Below are positions 1 through 10,299 of a stretch of DNA of 64,000 nucleotides, piece after piece. The stretch is from an uncultured Candidatus Saccharibacteria bacterium (GTDB taxonomy: Bacteria > Patescibacteriota > Minisyncoccia > Ryanbacterales > HO2-45-13), in the NCBI GenBank assembly GCA_964354975.1, contig CAYHBS010000004.1, positions 3,614-67,613 of the forward strand, given 5' to 3'. The position numbers and the translations under genes are program-made. Below the pieces are notes generated by a model. It was given only the letters and a program-made list of their open reading frames with translations. It was not told where the DNA came from and ran no database searches. The number at the start of each line of letters is the position of its first letter. The first letter of the stretch is position 1.

Positions 1-1382
1 GCGATATCGCGCGTGCGCTGACCTGCAAGCACTTCATACCTCCGCTCCATTTCTGCCACTGCCCAGCGGAGCGCTTTAATGGCCCCCTTTGGGCGCGTCA
101 CCACGGGAGCGACCAGATGTGGAATATCGTGATAATGGGCAAGTTCCACGCGCTTTGGGTCAATCATTATGAAGCGCAGTTCTGCCGGAGAATTTTTAAA
201 AAGTAAACTTGTAATGATGTCATGAATTGCCACCGACTTACCGCTCCCCGTACTTCCCGCGATGAGTAGGTGTGGCATACGCGCAATATCTGCATACACC
301 GCGTCCCCCCGTACATCTTTACCGAGTGGAAATATCAGCTGTCCTCCTTCTTGAAATCGTTGATCTTCAATGAGCGGACGCAGACCAACGAATGCAATTG
401 CTTTGTTTGGAATTTCGAGCCCCACCAGCGACTTTCCTGGAATAGGAGCTTCCATGCGCAGTGGATGCGCAGCAAGCGCAAGCGCGAGGTCATTTTGCAA
501 CGCGGCGATACGCGCAATCTTCACACCCTGCGCTGGTTTGAGCGTATATTGAGTGACCGATGGACCAGTACTCACCTCGCCCATTTCCACTGGAATACCA
601 AATTCAGCAAGTGTCCGCTGAATAATATTTGCGTTCGCTTTAATATCACCGGATGTGGGCTTCCCTTTGTCTTTCTCGAGTAGCGAGAGTGGGGGTAATT
701 CATAATGATCGTCATTCATGCGCGGCCTGCGCACTTTCGCTGGACGTAGCGCTTCACGCGTCTCCGCCTCCTTCTCCTCTTCGTGTATTTCGGAAACCGC
801 GGGCACCGGCGTTCCTGCTGGCGTAGATAGCGTACTCGCGGGTTCTGCGACCTCCTCTTCGTTGTCCCCAAAAGATTCTCGCCAACGGGTGAGTGAAAAA
901 TCAAATGCGATCAGTACACCGGCGATCAAAATGACCGATAAGATAAGTCCCGTTGCCCACGCATCAAACAACATCTTCAGTGGATATGCGATGGCCCAAC
1001 CAACATATCCTGCGGTGTTATCCGCAAATCCAAGATCAATGAGTGCAAGTGCCGAGAGAAGAAACATCGTCCCTCCGATTGCTGTTGCGCTCACTACTTT
1101 TCTGCGGTGTGACGTCAGCAAATGCGCACCGAGTACGAGACATGCGATAGGTACGAGTAAATATGCTTTCCCAAATAATTGCGAGAGAAATGGATAGATG
1201 GTGCGGCCAAACGCTCCTGAAAGATCAAATTCTGCAAGCAAAAAGAGCACACCGAGCAGTATGAGTAAAATCGCGGAAATGCTATCTTTTGTTTCTTGCC
1301 GAAGTTCGGAAAACGCGGAACGGATGAAACCAGGACGCTCCTCTTTTGGTTCCTTTTTCTGGCGCTTCTGTTTAGTTTTCAC
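1..1382 (-). CDS. ftsK: DNA translocase FtsK/SpoIIIE (partial; C-terminal end lies beyond window start)
   Basis: Minus-strand translation from a GTG at 1382 gives N-terminal TM helices and then a motor domain with Walker A (LIAGSTGSGKS). It runs off the window, so it is missing from the ORF track. Confidence 0.85.
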   Translation of the reverse strand, partial: MKTKQKRQKKEPKEERPGFIRSAFSELRQETKDSISAILLILLGVLFLLAEFDLSGAFGRTIYPFLSQLFGKAYLLVPIACLVLGAHLLTSHRRKVVSATAIGGTMFLLSALALIDLGFADNTAGYVGWAIAYPLKMLFDAWATGLILSVILIAGVLIAFDFSLTRWRESFGDNEEEVAEPASTLSTPAGTPVPAVSEIHEEEKEAETREALRPAKVRRPRMNDDHYELPPLSLLEKDKGKPTSGDIKANANIIQRTLAEFGIPVEMGEVSTGPSVTQYTLKPAQGVKIARIAALQNDLALALAAHPLRMEAPIPGKSLVGLEIPNKAIAFVGLRPLIEDQRFQEGGQLIFPLGKDVRGDAVYADIARMPHLLIAGSTGSGKSVAIHDIITSLLFKNSPAELRFIMIDPKRVELAHYHDIPHLVAPVVTRPKGAIKALRWAVAEMERRYEVLAGQRTRDI

Positions 1383-1420
1383 TACCGTATTATACGGGAG
1401 AATACACCCTCCTCCAATGG

Positions 1421-1455
1421 AAAACCCCTGTCCCACACTGTGGGACAGGGGTTTT
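1421..1455. terminator. Intrinsic terminator hairpin downstream of rpoC (15 bp stem aaaacccctgtccca/tgggacaggggtttt, loop cactg)
   Basis: Perfect inverted repeat with flanking A/T runs between the rpoC stop and the ftsK start. Confidence 0.6.
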
Positions 1456-1481
1456 CGCTGGCACGGTGCTTGTGCCCGAGC

Positions 1482-4400
1482 TTATGCCGCTTCTTCAGCT
1501 TCTTCTGCGGCACGACGCTCCTGATGGGAGGCAAATCCTGTTCCTGCAGGAATGAGACGCCCAATAATAACGTTTTCTTTGAGACCCACCAACTTATCCT
1601 CGCGGCTCTCAAGTGCGGCGCGAATAAGCACCTTGGAGGTTTCCTGGAACGATGCGGCGGACAGAAAACTTGGCGTCGTGATTGCTACTTTCGTGATTCC
1701 GGAGAGCATTTCTACTGCCTCCGCTGACACTTTCCCCTCTTTGATAAATTGCCTATTCTCTGTCGCAAGTGAAAGTTTATCCACGATTTCACCTTCTGCA
1801 AACGAGGAGTCGTTTGGCTTGATGATTTTGACACGCGAAAACATCTGACGAATCATCACTTCTACGTGTTTCTGACTGATTGACGCTCCTTGGAGCGCAT
1901 ACATCTTCACAATTTCGGTGAGAATATAATTCACCGCTTTTGTCTTCCCTGCAACCTCAAACAGTTGTTTAAGATCGATTGGTCCTTCGCAGAGCAAATC
2001 TCCTGCGGCAACCGTATCGCCTTTCTTCACCGTTACGGTGCGTCCGAATGGAATATGAAATTCCTCAACCTCCCCTTTTGATTTCTTTCCACCTCCTTTG
2101 GGAAGAATGTGAATGGTTTTTTCTTTGTCGTCTTCAACAATATCGAGCACTTCTCCATCTATTTCAGAAATCACTGCGACTCCCTTCGGCATGCGCGCCT
2201 CAAATACTTCTTCCACGCGAGGAAGTCCCAGGGTAATATCCGACCCTCCCGCACCCACGGCGCCTCCGGAGTGGAAGGTGCGCATGGTCAGCTGTGTTCC
2301 CGGTTCTCCGATTGCCTGCGCGGCAACAATGCCCACTGCTGCGCCCATCTCCACAGGACGATTATGTCCGAGATCATATCCGTAACAGGTCTGACAAATA
2401 CCCCTGCGCGCCCCGCAGTACACGGGCGAGCGCAACACCACTGCTTTAATCCCCGCTTCGTCGAGCGCGGCGGCCTCTTCGTGTGAAAGGAGATGCCCTT
2501 TCTTGAACGCCACACTTCCATCCTCACTCTTTACGCCCTCTGCAAGGATACGCCCCACGAGGCGCTTTCTCATTGAAACTCCTTCTTGTTCAAGATCACT
2601 TCGACGCACCGTGAGTCCCTCGGTAACACCACAATCCTCTTCGGTAACGACAACATCATGCGCAACGTCCACGAGACGTCGAGTAAGATATCCTGCGACT
2701 GCGGTTTTCAGTGCGGTGTCTGCGGTTCCTTTCCGAGCACCGTGGGTAGAGATGAAATACTCAAACACTGAAAGTCCTTCTTTGTAGCTCGAAATAATGG
2801 GAAGTTCGATAATGCGGCCCGATGGGTTGCGCATGAGTCCTTTGATTCCCGCCATCTGCGTAATAGAGCCCCATGAACCACGCGCACCAGATGTGACGAG
2901 CTGATATACTGATCCTGTTTTATTGAGACTCATCGGCACCGCGTCAGTCACTTCCTTTGTAACGGCGCTCCATACTTCGATCACTTTTGTATATCGTTCG
3001 TCGTCGGTGAGAAGTCCGTTGTCATACTGATCCTGAATTTCTGACACCTTCTTGAGCCCCCTATCAATCATGTCGCTCTTTGCGGGAGGTACCACCAGAT
3101 CATCCATTCCCCAGCTCACACCTGATTTCGTCGCGTACTGGTATCCAATGTCTTTCACTTTATCAAGAATGCCCGGAATTGGATCTGGTCCGTACGTGCG
3201 GAACAACGTGTCCATGAGTGCGCCGAGTTTCTTTTTATCGAGTACTTCATTCACAAATGGAAAGTCATTCGGAAGAGCGGCGTTGAAATAGATACGTCCC
3301 ACCGATGTTTCGAGCGTCTCTACTTTGTCGCCGGAGCGTGTAAGAATTTTTACCGGGGCACGAAGATCTAAATCTCCGAGGTCATATGAGAGCACGGTTT
3401 CATTCTTTGAAGAAAATATTTTACCGACGCCCTTCCCATCCTCTTTCAGGGAGGTGAGCCAATAGATACCAAGCACGATATCCAGTGTTGGAGCAGAAAT
3501 ACTCTCTCCCGTAGATGGCTTGAGTAAATTCTTGGAGCTCGCCATAATTTCGCGCGCTTCTTTCTGCGCTTCTTCGGTGAGTGGTACGTGTACCGCCATT
3601 TGGTCTCCATCGAAGTCTGCGTTGAACGCGGAACAGACCATGGGATGGAGCTGAATAGCGTTCCCTTCAATGAGAAGGGGTTGGAATGCCTGAATACCAA
3701 GGCGGTGCAGTGTTGGCGCGCGGTTCAGCAGCACATACTTCCCTTTAATAACCTCTTCAAGAATCGCCCACACTTCTGGAGTGGCGTCATCAATCAGTTT
3801 TCCCGAACCACGAATATTATGTGCGTACTCGCGCTCAATAATTTTCTGAATAACAAATGGACGGAAGAGCTCGAGCGCCATGTGCTTTGGAAGTCCACAC
3901 TGGTGCATCTTGAGTGTTGGCCCCACCACAATCACCGAGCGACCAGAATAGTCCACGCGCTTTCCAAGTAAGTTCTGACGGAATCGTCCTTGTTTTCCTT
4001 TGAGCATGTCTGCGAGTGATCGCAGCGGCCGGCGTTGTGCCTGTGAACTCACAGGTGAAGTACTGCGGCGCATAGAGTTGTCGATAAGCGCGTCCACCGC
4101 TTCCTGAAGCATACGTTTTTCGTTTCGCGTAATAACTTCTGGGGCGTGAAGTTCGTAGAGTCGCTTGAGTCGGTTGTTACGATTGATGACGCGGCGATAT
4201 AAATCGTTTACATCAGATGATGCGTGGCGTCCTCCATCGAGCGGCACCATAGGGCGGAGATCCGGAGGAATCACGGGGAGCACCGAAAGGAACATCCAAT
4301 CGGGTCGGATATTTGATTTTGCAAGCGACTTTGCAAGACGAAGACGCGTGACGAGTTTCTTGCGATTCGCGGGAGATGCTAGAGCGGCCTCGCCTTCAAG

Positions 4401-5093
4401 CTTCAAAATCATCGATGGGAAATCAAACGCCTCCACAATACGCTTGAGTGCCTCCGCTCCGGTTTCTGCTTTAAATACGGTGCCGTATTTAATAGAGAGA
4501 CGGTGATATTCCACTTCAGAAAGCACGGTATGCATCGTAAGATTCTTGAGTTCTGATTTTGCGCGCTCTGCAGCGGTGCGTAATGTCGCCTTGTCGGTAA
4601 CAGTTTTTTGCTTAGATTTATATTCCTGCTCAATGGACTTGAGCGCTTCTTTACGCGCTCCTTCATCTACCGATGTAATGATGTACCCCGCAAAATAAAT
4701 CACGCGCTCCAAATCTACAATCGAGAGGTCGAGTAGTGTGCCGAGTCGAGACGGAACGGAACGGACAAACCAAATATGCGCCACAGGTGCTGCAAGCTCA
4801 ATGTGTCCCATGCGCTCACGGCGAACAAGTGAGCGCGTTACCTCGACGCCACACTTATCACACGTGATTCCCTTATACCGTACGCGGCGATACTTTCCAC
4901 AGTAACATTCAAAGTCCTTTGTGGGACCAAAAATTTTCTCACAAAAAAGCCCATCACGCTCCGGGCGTTGCGTGCGGTAGTTAATGGTTTCTGGCTTCAT
5001 GACTTCACCATGCGACCAACTGCGAATAACCTGCGGGGATGCAAGCCGCAGCACAAGAGATTTCAGATCGTTCACTTTTCTATCCATGCTCAT
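1482..5093 (-). CDS. rpoC: DNA-directed RNA polymerase subunit beta'
   Basis: 1203 aa with the NADFDGD catalytic motif and a zinc-binding CxxC N-terminus. Sits in rpoB-rpoC gene order. Confidence 0.97.
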   Translation of the reverse strand: MSMDRKVNDLKSLVLRLASPQVIRSWSHGEVMKPETINYRTQRPERDGLFCEKIFGPTKDFECYCGKYRRVRYKGITCDKCGVEVTRSLVRRERMGHIELAAPVAHIWFVRSVPSRLGTLLDLSIVDLERVIYFAGYIITSVDEGARKEALKSIEQEYKSKQKTVTDKATLRTAAERAKSELKNLTMHTVLSEVEYHRLSIKYGTVFKAETGAEALKRIVEAFDFPSMILKLEGEAALASPANRKKLVTRLRLAKSLAKSNIRPDWMFLSVLPVIPPDLRPMVPLDGGRHASSDVNDLYRRVINRNNRLKRLYELHAPEVITRNEKRMLQEAVDALIDNSMRRSTSPVSSQAQRRPLRSLADMLKGKQGRFRQNLLGKRVDYSGRSVIVVGPTLKMHQCGLPKHMALELFRPFVIQKIIEREYAHNIRGSGKLIDDATPEVWAILEEVIKGKYVLLNRAPTLHRLGIQAFQPLLIEGNAIQLHPMVCSAFNADFDGDQMAVHVPLTEEAQKEAREIMASSKNLLKPSTGESISAPTLDIVLGIYWLTSLKEDGKGVGKIFSSKNETVLSYDLGDLDLRAPVKILTRSGDKVETLETSVGRIYFNAALPNDFPFVNEVLDKKKLGALMDTLFRTYGPDPIPGILDKVKDIGYQYATKSGVSWGMDDLVVPPAKSDMIDRGLKKVSEIQDQYDNGLLTDDERYTKVIEVWSAVTKEVTDAVPMSLNKTGSVYQLVTSGARGSWGSITQMAGIKGLMRNPSGRIIELPIISSYKEGLSVFEYFISTHGARKGTADTALKTAVAGYLTRRLVDVAHDVVVTEEDCGVTEGLTVRRSDLEQEGVSMRKRLVGRILAEGVKSEDGSVAFKKGHLLSHEEAAALDEAGIKAVVLRSPVYCGARRGICQTCYGYDLGHNRPVEMGAAVGIVAAQAIGEPGTQLTMRTFHSGGAVGAGGSDITLGLPRVEEVFEARMPKGVAVISEIDGEVLDIVEDDKEKTIHILPKGGGKKSKGEVEEFHIPFGRTVTVKKGDTVAAGDLLCEGPIDLKQLFEVAGKTKAVNYILTEIVKMYALQGASISQKHVEVMIRQMFSRVKIIKPNDSSFAEGEIVDKLSLATENRQFIKEGKVSAEAVEMLSGITKVAITTPSFLSAASFQETSKVLIRAALESREDKLVGLKENVIIGRLIPAGTGFASHQERRAAEEAEEAA

Positions 5094-5098
5094 AGTGA

Positions 5099-8000
5099 TT
5101 ATTCGTTATCGAAGTTTAGCTCGACTTTTTCTCTCCGCGCGCCATACATAGGTCGTTCGCGCTCTTCCTCTTCTTCGGGTTCACTTTCGCGATAATTAAT
5201 CACAACGTCCAGCGCAAGACCCTTCAGTTCATGCACGAGCACATGGAATGACGTTGGAACATGCGGACTCTTTTTTTGTTCTCCCCGCACGATCGAGTCA
5301 TAGATGGCTGCGCGTCCGGTCACATCGTCCGATTTGATGGTAATCATTTCCTGGAGCATATATGCCGCTCCGTATCCTTCGAGGGCCCACACTTCCATTT
5401 CTCCAAAACGCTGTCCCCCTCCCTGCGCCTTTCCTCCGAGCGGCTGCTGGGTAATGAGTGAATAAGAACCAATCGAACGCATGTGGATTTTGTCTTCCAC
5501 CATGTGATGGAGTTTGAGCATGTAGATGTATCCGACCATCACATCCTGATCGAATTGCTCACCGGACCTCCCGTCGAACAGACTTACTTTTCCGGAACGC
5601 GGAAATCCTGCTTTTTCAAGCTCATCTTTAATTTCATTTTCTGTGGGACCAGCGAGCGATGGGCATACCGCGCGGTATCCAAGCGTGTGAGCCGCAAGTC
5701 CGAGGTGTGTTTCCAAAATTTGCCCGATGTTCATACGAGACGCAACGCCGAGCGGATTTAAAATAATATCCACCGGAGTACCGTCTTCAAGATGCGGCAT
5801 ATCCTCTTCAGGAAGCACTTTCGAGATCACCCCTTTATTACCGTGGCGTCCCGCAAGCTTATCTCCCACCTGAATGCGACGTAACTGCGCCACTTCCACA
5901 TGAATACGCTTAATAACACCAGATTCCAGTCGGTCACCATTTTCGCGTGAGAAAAGTTTCACCCCAATGACGCGTCCTCCCTTTCCGTTTGGTACACGCA
6001 GTGATGTGTCTTTCACATCGCGTGCTTTGTCTCCGAAAATTGCGTGCAGGAGCCGCTCTTCTGGTGTAAGATCGATTTCTCCCTTCGGAGAAATTTTTCC
6101 AACTAAAATGTCCCCGGGTCGCACTTCAGCGCCAATCCGTACTACGCCTTCCGAGTCTAAATCCTTTAATTTTTCTTCTCCGACGTTCGGGATATCTGGA
6201 GTCGTAATTTCATCTCCCAGTTTTGTCTCGCGCACGTCCATCGTGAACTCTTCGATGTAGACGGACGTAAAACGATCATCCTTCAATACACGCTCTGAAA
6301 GAATGATGGCATCTTCATAGTTTGCGCCTCCCCATGAAAGAAACGCGACGAGTAGGTTTTGACCAAGCGCGAGGTCTCCATCACGCGTGGATGAATTATC
6401 GGCGAGGAGCTGCCCTTTTGCCACTTTATCGCCTTTCTGTACGCGTGGTGTATGATGAAATGTGCTCGATGTGTTTGAACGCAGAAACGATGAGAGCGGA
6501 TACACGTGCTTTTTGCTTCCCGTTTGTACCACCACTTTCGACGCATCAATTTCAATAATTTTTCCGTCTTCCTCTGCGAGCACCACCTGACCGGAATCTT
6601 CTGCGGCACGCGTTTCCATTCCGGTTCCTACGAGCGGTGGATCTGCTTTCACACAGGGCACCGCTTGGCGCTGCATGTTCGAACCCATGAGCGCGCGATT
6701 TGCGTCATCATGCGCGAGAAACGGAATGAGACCGGTTGCAATACTGAAAATTTGTTCTGGTGCGACATCAATGTATTCAATTTCGCTGCGATCAAAAATG
6801 CCGAAGCGTCCCGCGGTACGCGCTTCTACGCGCTCATCGGAAAGCTTTCCTTTGGCGTCATACGCAACGCCAGCATGCGCAATCACATGCTCTGCCTCTT
6901 CAAACGCAGTCATGAGCTTGATCTCCTGTTTAATCACACCCTTCTCCACCTTGCGATACGGCGTTTCAATAAGACCGAGTGAATTGATCGAAGCATAAAT
7001 TGCGAGGTGTCCCACCAGACCAATGTTTGGTCCTTCCGGAGTTTCAATGGGGCATATTCGTCCGTAGTGCGAGGTGTGCACGTCGCGCACTTCAAACCCC
7101 GCGCGCTCCCTGGTAAGACCGCCCGGACCAAGCGCAGAAAGCCGACGTTTGTGCTCAAGCTCTGAAAGCACGTTCGTCTGATCCATAAACTGCGAGAGTT
7201 GGTTCGTGAGGAAAAAGTCCTTGAGCACCGTCATGAACGGACGAGAGTTCACAATTTGGAGAGGAGTGACGGTTTCTGGCTCCAAAATAGACATCCGATC
7301 TCTAATATGGCGTTCCATGCGCGCGAGTCCCACCCGGAGACGATTCTGGAGCATTTCGCCCATACCGCGAATACGGCGGTGCCCTAAGTGGTCAATATCG
7401 TCTGGAGTTTCCGTTGGTGAATTATTTTTGCGAATGATTTCGCTCACCGTATTCACTAAATCGGAAAGCGTGAGGGTACGATCAGTAATGTCTTTCTTTT
7501 GAAGCTTTTGGAAGCGTACATTTAATTTGTGTCTTCCCACCGGAGAGATATCATAGCGGGCAGCAGAAAACATACCATCAATGAGTTGACGGGCGTTATC
7601 GGCAGTTGCGAGGTCTCCCGGACGAATGCGCTTATAAATTTCGATATACGATTCGTCAACGTTCTTTGCAGTGTCCTTTTTGAGGGTATTTTCGATGTGC
7701 GGAAGCTCGCCGTTGTCCACTACCGAAAATGCTTTTTTAATTTCTTCATCGGTCTTGAGTCCAAAGACGCGAAGGAGCGAGGTGACGGGAATTTTACGCT
7801 TCCGGTCCACCTTGACCCATACACTTCCGTCCACATCAGATTCCAATTCGAGCCACACTCCGCGCCCCGGAATGATCTTGGCTCCAAAGCGGCGCTTCCC
7901 GCGCACAATCTGCTGCGTGAAATATACACCAAATGACCGCACCACTTGCGAAACAATGACGCGCTCAACGCCGTTAATAATAAAGGTGCCGCGCTTCGTC

Positions 8001-8371
8001 ATCAGCGGAAAGTCTGCAAAAAAGATTTCTTGCGTTTTTACTTCACCCGTGCGCTTATTTGTGAGCTCCATGCGTACTCTTAGCGGAGCTTCATACGAAC
8101 GATTATTGGTACGCGCCTGGGTTTCATCCATTGGCGGTGCGTCGATCGTGTAGTCGACAAATGAGAGAGAAAATTCTTTTCCGGAAACGTCTTCTATTGG
8201 GCTAAACTCCGTAAATAATTCTTTCAGTCCCTGGTCAAGAAACCATTGATACGCCTCGAGCTGCACTTTGGCGAGGTACGGGAGCGGGGCAAGCGGTTCC
8301 CGATACTTCGAGAAATACTTCTTTGGAAGCATAGATGTTTGGGGCGCAACAGTACCATCCGGAGGACTCAC
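5099..8371 (-). CDS. rpoB: DNA-directed RNA polymerase subunit beta
   Basis: 1090 aa with conserved RpoB blocks. Lies immediately upstream of rpoC. Confidence 0.97.
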   Translation of the reverse strand: MSPPDGTVAPQTSMLPKKYFSKYREPLAPLPYLAKVQLEAYQWFLDQGLKELFTEFSPIEDVSGKEFSLSFVDYTIDAPPMDETQARTNNRSYEAPLRVRMELTNKRTGEVKTQEIFFADFPLMTKRGTFIINGVERVIVSQVVRSFGVYFTQQIVRGKRRFGAKIIPGRGVWLELESDVDGSVWVKVDRKRKIPVTSLLRVFGLKTDEEIKKAFSVVDNGELPHIENTLKKDTAKNVDESYIEIYKRIRPGDLATADNARQLIDGMFSAARYDISPVGRHKLNVRFQKLQKKDITDRTLTLSDLVNTVSEIIRKNNSPTETPDDIDHLGHRRIRGMGEMLQNRLRVGLARMERHIRDRMSILEPETVTPLQIVNSRPFMTVLKDFFLTNQLSQFMDQTNVLSELEHKRRLSALGPGGLTRERAGFEVRDVHTSHYGRICPIETPEGPNIGLVGHLAIYASINSLGLIETPYRKVEKGVIKQEIKLMTAFEEAEHVIAHAGVAYDAKGKLSDERVEARTAGRFGIFDRSEIEYIDVAPEQIFSIATGLIPFLAHDDANRALMGSNMQRQAVPCVKADPPLVGTGMETRAAEDSGQVVLAEEDGKIIEIDASKVVVQTGSKKHVYPLSSFLRSNTSSTFHHTPRVQKGDKVAKGQLLADNSSTRDGDLALGQNLLVAFLSWGGANYEDAIILSERVLKDDRFTSVYIEEFTMDVRETKLGDEITTPDIPNVGEEKLKDLDSEGVVRIGAEVRPGDILVGKISPKGEIDLTPEERLLHAIFGDKARDVKDTSLRVPNGKGGRVIGVKLFSRENGDRLESGVIKRIHVEVAQLRRIQVGDKLAGRHGNKGVISKVLPEEDMPHLEDGTPVDIILNPLGVASRMNIGQILETHLGLAAHTLGYRAVCPSLAGPTENEIKDELEKAGFPRSGKVSLFDGRSGEQFDQDVMVGYIYMLKLHHMVEDKIHMRSIGSYSLITQQPLGGKAQGGGQRFGEMEVWALEGYGAAYMLQEMITIKSDDVTGRAAIYDSIVRGEQKKSPHVPTSFHVLVHELKGLALDVVINYRESEPEEEEERERPMYGARREKVELNFDNE

Positions 8372-8624
8372 CGGAAGGTCATGACGCCCAAAAAAGTATT
8401 ATGCGCACGTAATAATGGAAAACGAAACGTTTGGTTCAGTACACATGGTTGCCTGATACACCGATAAGCATATGAAAATAAAAGAGCCCCAAAGAGTCAC
8501 CCGGGTTATGCACTAGGTTAAGTTGACGTTATACGGCAAACACGCTACTTGCATTCTACCTATAATATCCTCCGTGTCAAGTTACGTGCCCCCGGATGTG
8601 GATAACATGTGGGGTGCCGGTGGA

Positions 8625-8699
8625 TTACGCCCGGAGCGCTTTTCCCTGCTTCCAAGTCATCCAGGTAACGAGGAGTGGGCCCTCACCTACGAATACCTT
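8625..8699 (-). pseudogene. Remnant duplicate of the secF 3' end (encodes ...KVFVGEGPLLVTWMTWKQGKALRA*)
   Basis: 30 nt (8646-8678) are near-identical to secF codons for PLLVTWMTWKQ at 9410-9442, with degraded similarity further upstream. The fragment is intergenic. Confidence 0.5.
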
Positions 8700-8718
8700 A
8701 GCTTAGAGACACTACTTT

Positions 8719-9330
8719 TTATTTTATCAGTATGGAAATCTCCCTTTTTCTATCTGTTGTCGTTACGTACTCTAACTTTTTTGAATGTGTAAAGCCTATT
8801 TCTCGAAAAACCATCTCCCATTCATCAAAATAAAAAAACGAAGGGCTATAACCTGAAAAGGCATTGTATGGTGCCCCGATGGCTGGATTGTCCAAAATAA
8901 CTATGCCGCCATCATTCAATAACTTATATGCCTTCTCTAAAACTTTTTTTTGCTGATTTTTATCAAAGTCACATATCACTGACCAAGGAAAAAGAACGGC
9001 ATCGAAATCTTTCCCTTCATAATCCATAAATGAGCACAGAAACAATATTTCTGATGGATGAAAACCTTTCTCTAAAAGATACTTTGAAAACTCGTCGAGA
9101 TATACCTGCTGAACATCGATACCAATATATTCATGTCCCTCAATAAAAAACCTTCCCAGCCTCCCCGTGCCACACCCAACTTCTAATACTTTATTTTTCC
9201 CCAACAATAATTTACTAAAGTACTGAAAATCAATCGGGGTATTTCCTCCAAGACCAGCTAATCTCGCATACTCACTCAAAATTTCTGGAGAAATCGTATT
9301 ATAAAACTTTTTTACTACCTCAAGGTCCAT
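8719..9330 (-). CDS. Class I SAM-dependent methyltransferase
   Basis: Motif I VLEVGCGTGRLG and an acidic motif II. The ORF is AT-rich relative to its neighbours. Confidence 0.8.
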   Translation of the reverse strand: MDLEVVKKFYNTISPEILSEYARLAGLGGNTPIDFQYFSKLLLGKNKVLEVGCGTGRLGRFFIEGHEYIGIDVQQVYLDEFSKYLLEKGFHPSEILFLCSFMDYEGKDFDAVLFPWSVICDFDKNQQKKVLEKAYKLLNDGGIVILDNPAIGAPYNAFSGYSPSFFYFDEWEMVFREIGFTHSKKLEYVTTTDRKREISILIK

Positions 9331-9392
9331 GTCAAAATTATTGGATTAAATCTGAAAAACTACTATACCGATACGCCTTTCATTAATGTACA

Positions 9393-10295
9393 TTACGAAC
9401 TCCGCCTCTGCTTCCAAGTCATCCATGTTACCAGCAGAGGAGACGCTACAAAGATCGAGGAGTAGGTACCGAATGAGATACCGAGAATCAGTGCGAGTGA
9501 GAAGTATTTGACCGTTGATCCCCCAAAGAAAAACACTGCAACAAGTACCAGCACCGTTGTGAGTGAGGTATTGATTGAACGCGCAATCGTTTCTTTAATG
9601 CTCCGTTCAACCACTGCGTCAAACGCAAGTGAAGGGTAGCGAAGCAGATTTTCTCTTACGCGATCGAAGACAACGATAGTGTCGTGAATTGAAAATCCAA
9701 GTACGGTCAATAGCGCCGAGACAAATAGCACATCAATCTCGACTCCGTAAAAATGTCCGAGCACTGCAAATACTCCTGTGGGAATGAGAATATCATGGGC
9801 AAGTGCAATGATCGCCGCGCCCGCGTACACCCATGATGAAATTTTGTACGACACTTTTCGAAATGCAAAAGCGATGTAACAAAGAATGGCAATCACGGCG
9901 ATCGCAATAGCAGTTAGTGATTTTTGTTTGAGCTCACGTCCAATAGTGGGGCCAATAGTATCAAAACGCAGCTCCTTCACGTTCCCTTCCCCCGAAGCAG
10001 CAACAATACTTGAAAGAAGCGCCTGGTGCTCGGCCTCGGTGAGTGTACGCGTACGGATGAGAAATCCAGCGTCCCCCGTTGGCTGAACCGTTGCGCCGGC
10101 AATCCCTTTTGCGGTAGTGGCCGATTCAATGACCTGCCGGTCTGGACGAGTCATACTGTATTCAATTTCTAGAATTGATCCTCCGGTGTAGTCAATTCCG
10201 AGCTTCAGGCCGTACTGCACAATTGCCCCGAGACTCACGATCATGAGTATGGCCGCTGCCGCGAAGTAGATATTTCGATTTTTGACAATTTCCAT
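9393..10295 (-). CDS. secF: Protein translocase subunit SecF
   Basis: Polytopic membrane protein with SecF family blocks, following secD. Start chosen at MEIVKN; the ORF track extends to 10331. Confidence 0.88.
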   Translation of the reverse strand: MEIVKNRNIYFAAAAILMIVSLGAIVQYGLKLGIDYTGGSILEIEYSMTRPDRQVIESATTAKGIAGATVQPTGDAGFLIRTRTLTEAEHQALLSSIVAASGEGNVKELRFDTIGPTIGRELKQKSLTAIAIAVIAILCYIAFAFRKVSYKISSWVYAGAAIIALAHDILIPTGVFAVLGHFYGVEIDVLFVSALLTVLGFSIHDTIVVFDRVRENLLRYPSLAFDAVVERSIKETIARSINTSLTTVLVLVAVFFFGGSTVKYFSLALILGISFGTYSSIFVASPLLVTWMTWKQRRSS

Positions 10296-10299
10296 AAAG

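Noticed and set aside
270-1524. Plus-strand ORFs (270..683, 718..1197, 1198..1524) and the small minus ORF 716..904
   Set aside because: They overlap, in the wrong frames, the clear minus-strand FtsK/SpoIIIE gene (Walker A, TM helices). The translations are low-complexity and look like antisense artefacts.
8372-8618. Promoter-like TTGACG and TATAAT hexamers on the plus strand upstream of rpoB
   Set aside because: They are on the strand opposite to rpoB, with 32 bp spacing, and nothing is encoded downstream on that strand. Likely chance matches.
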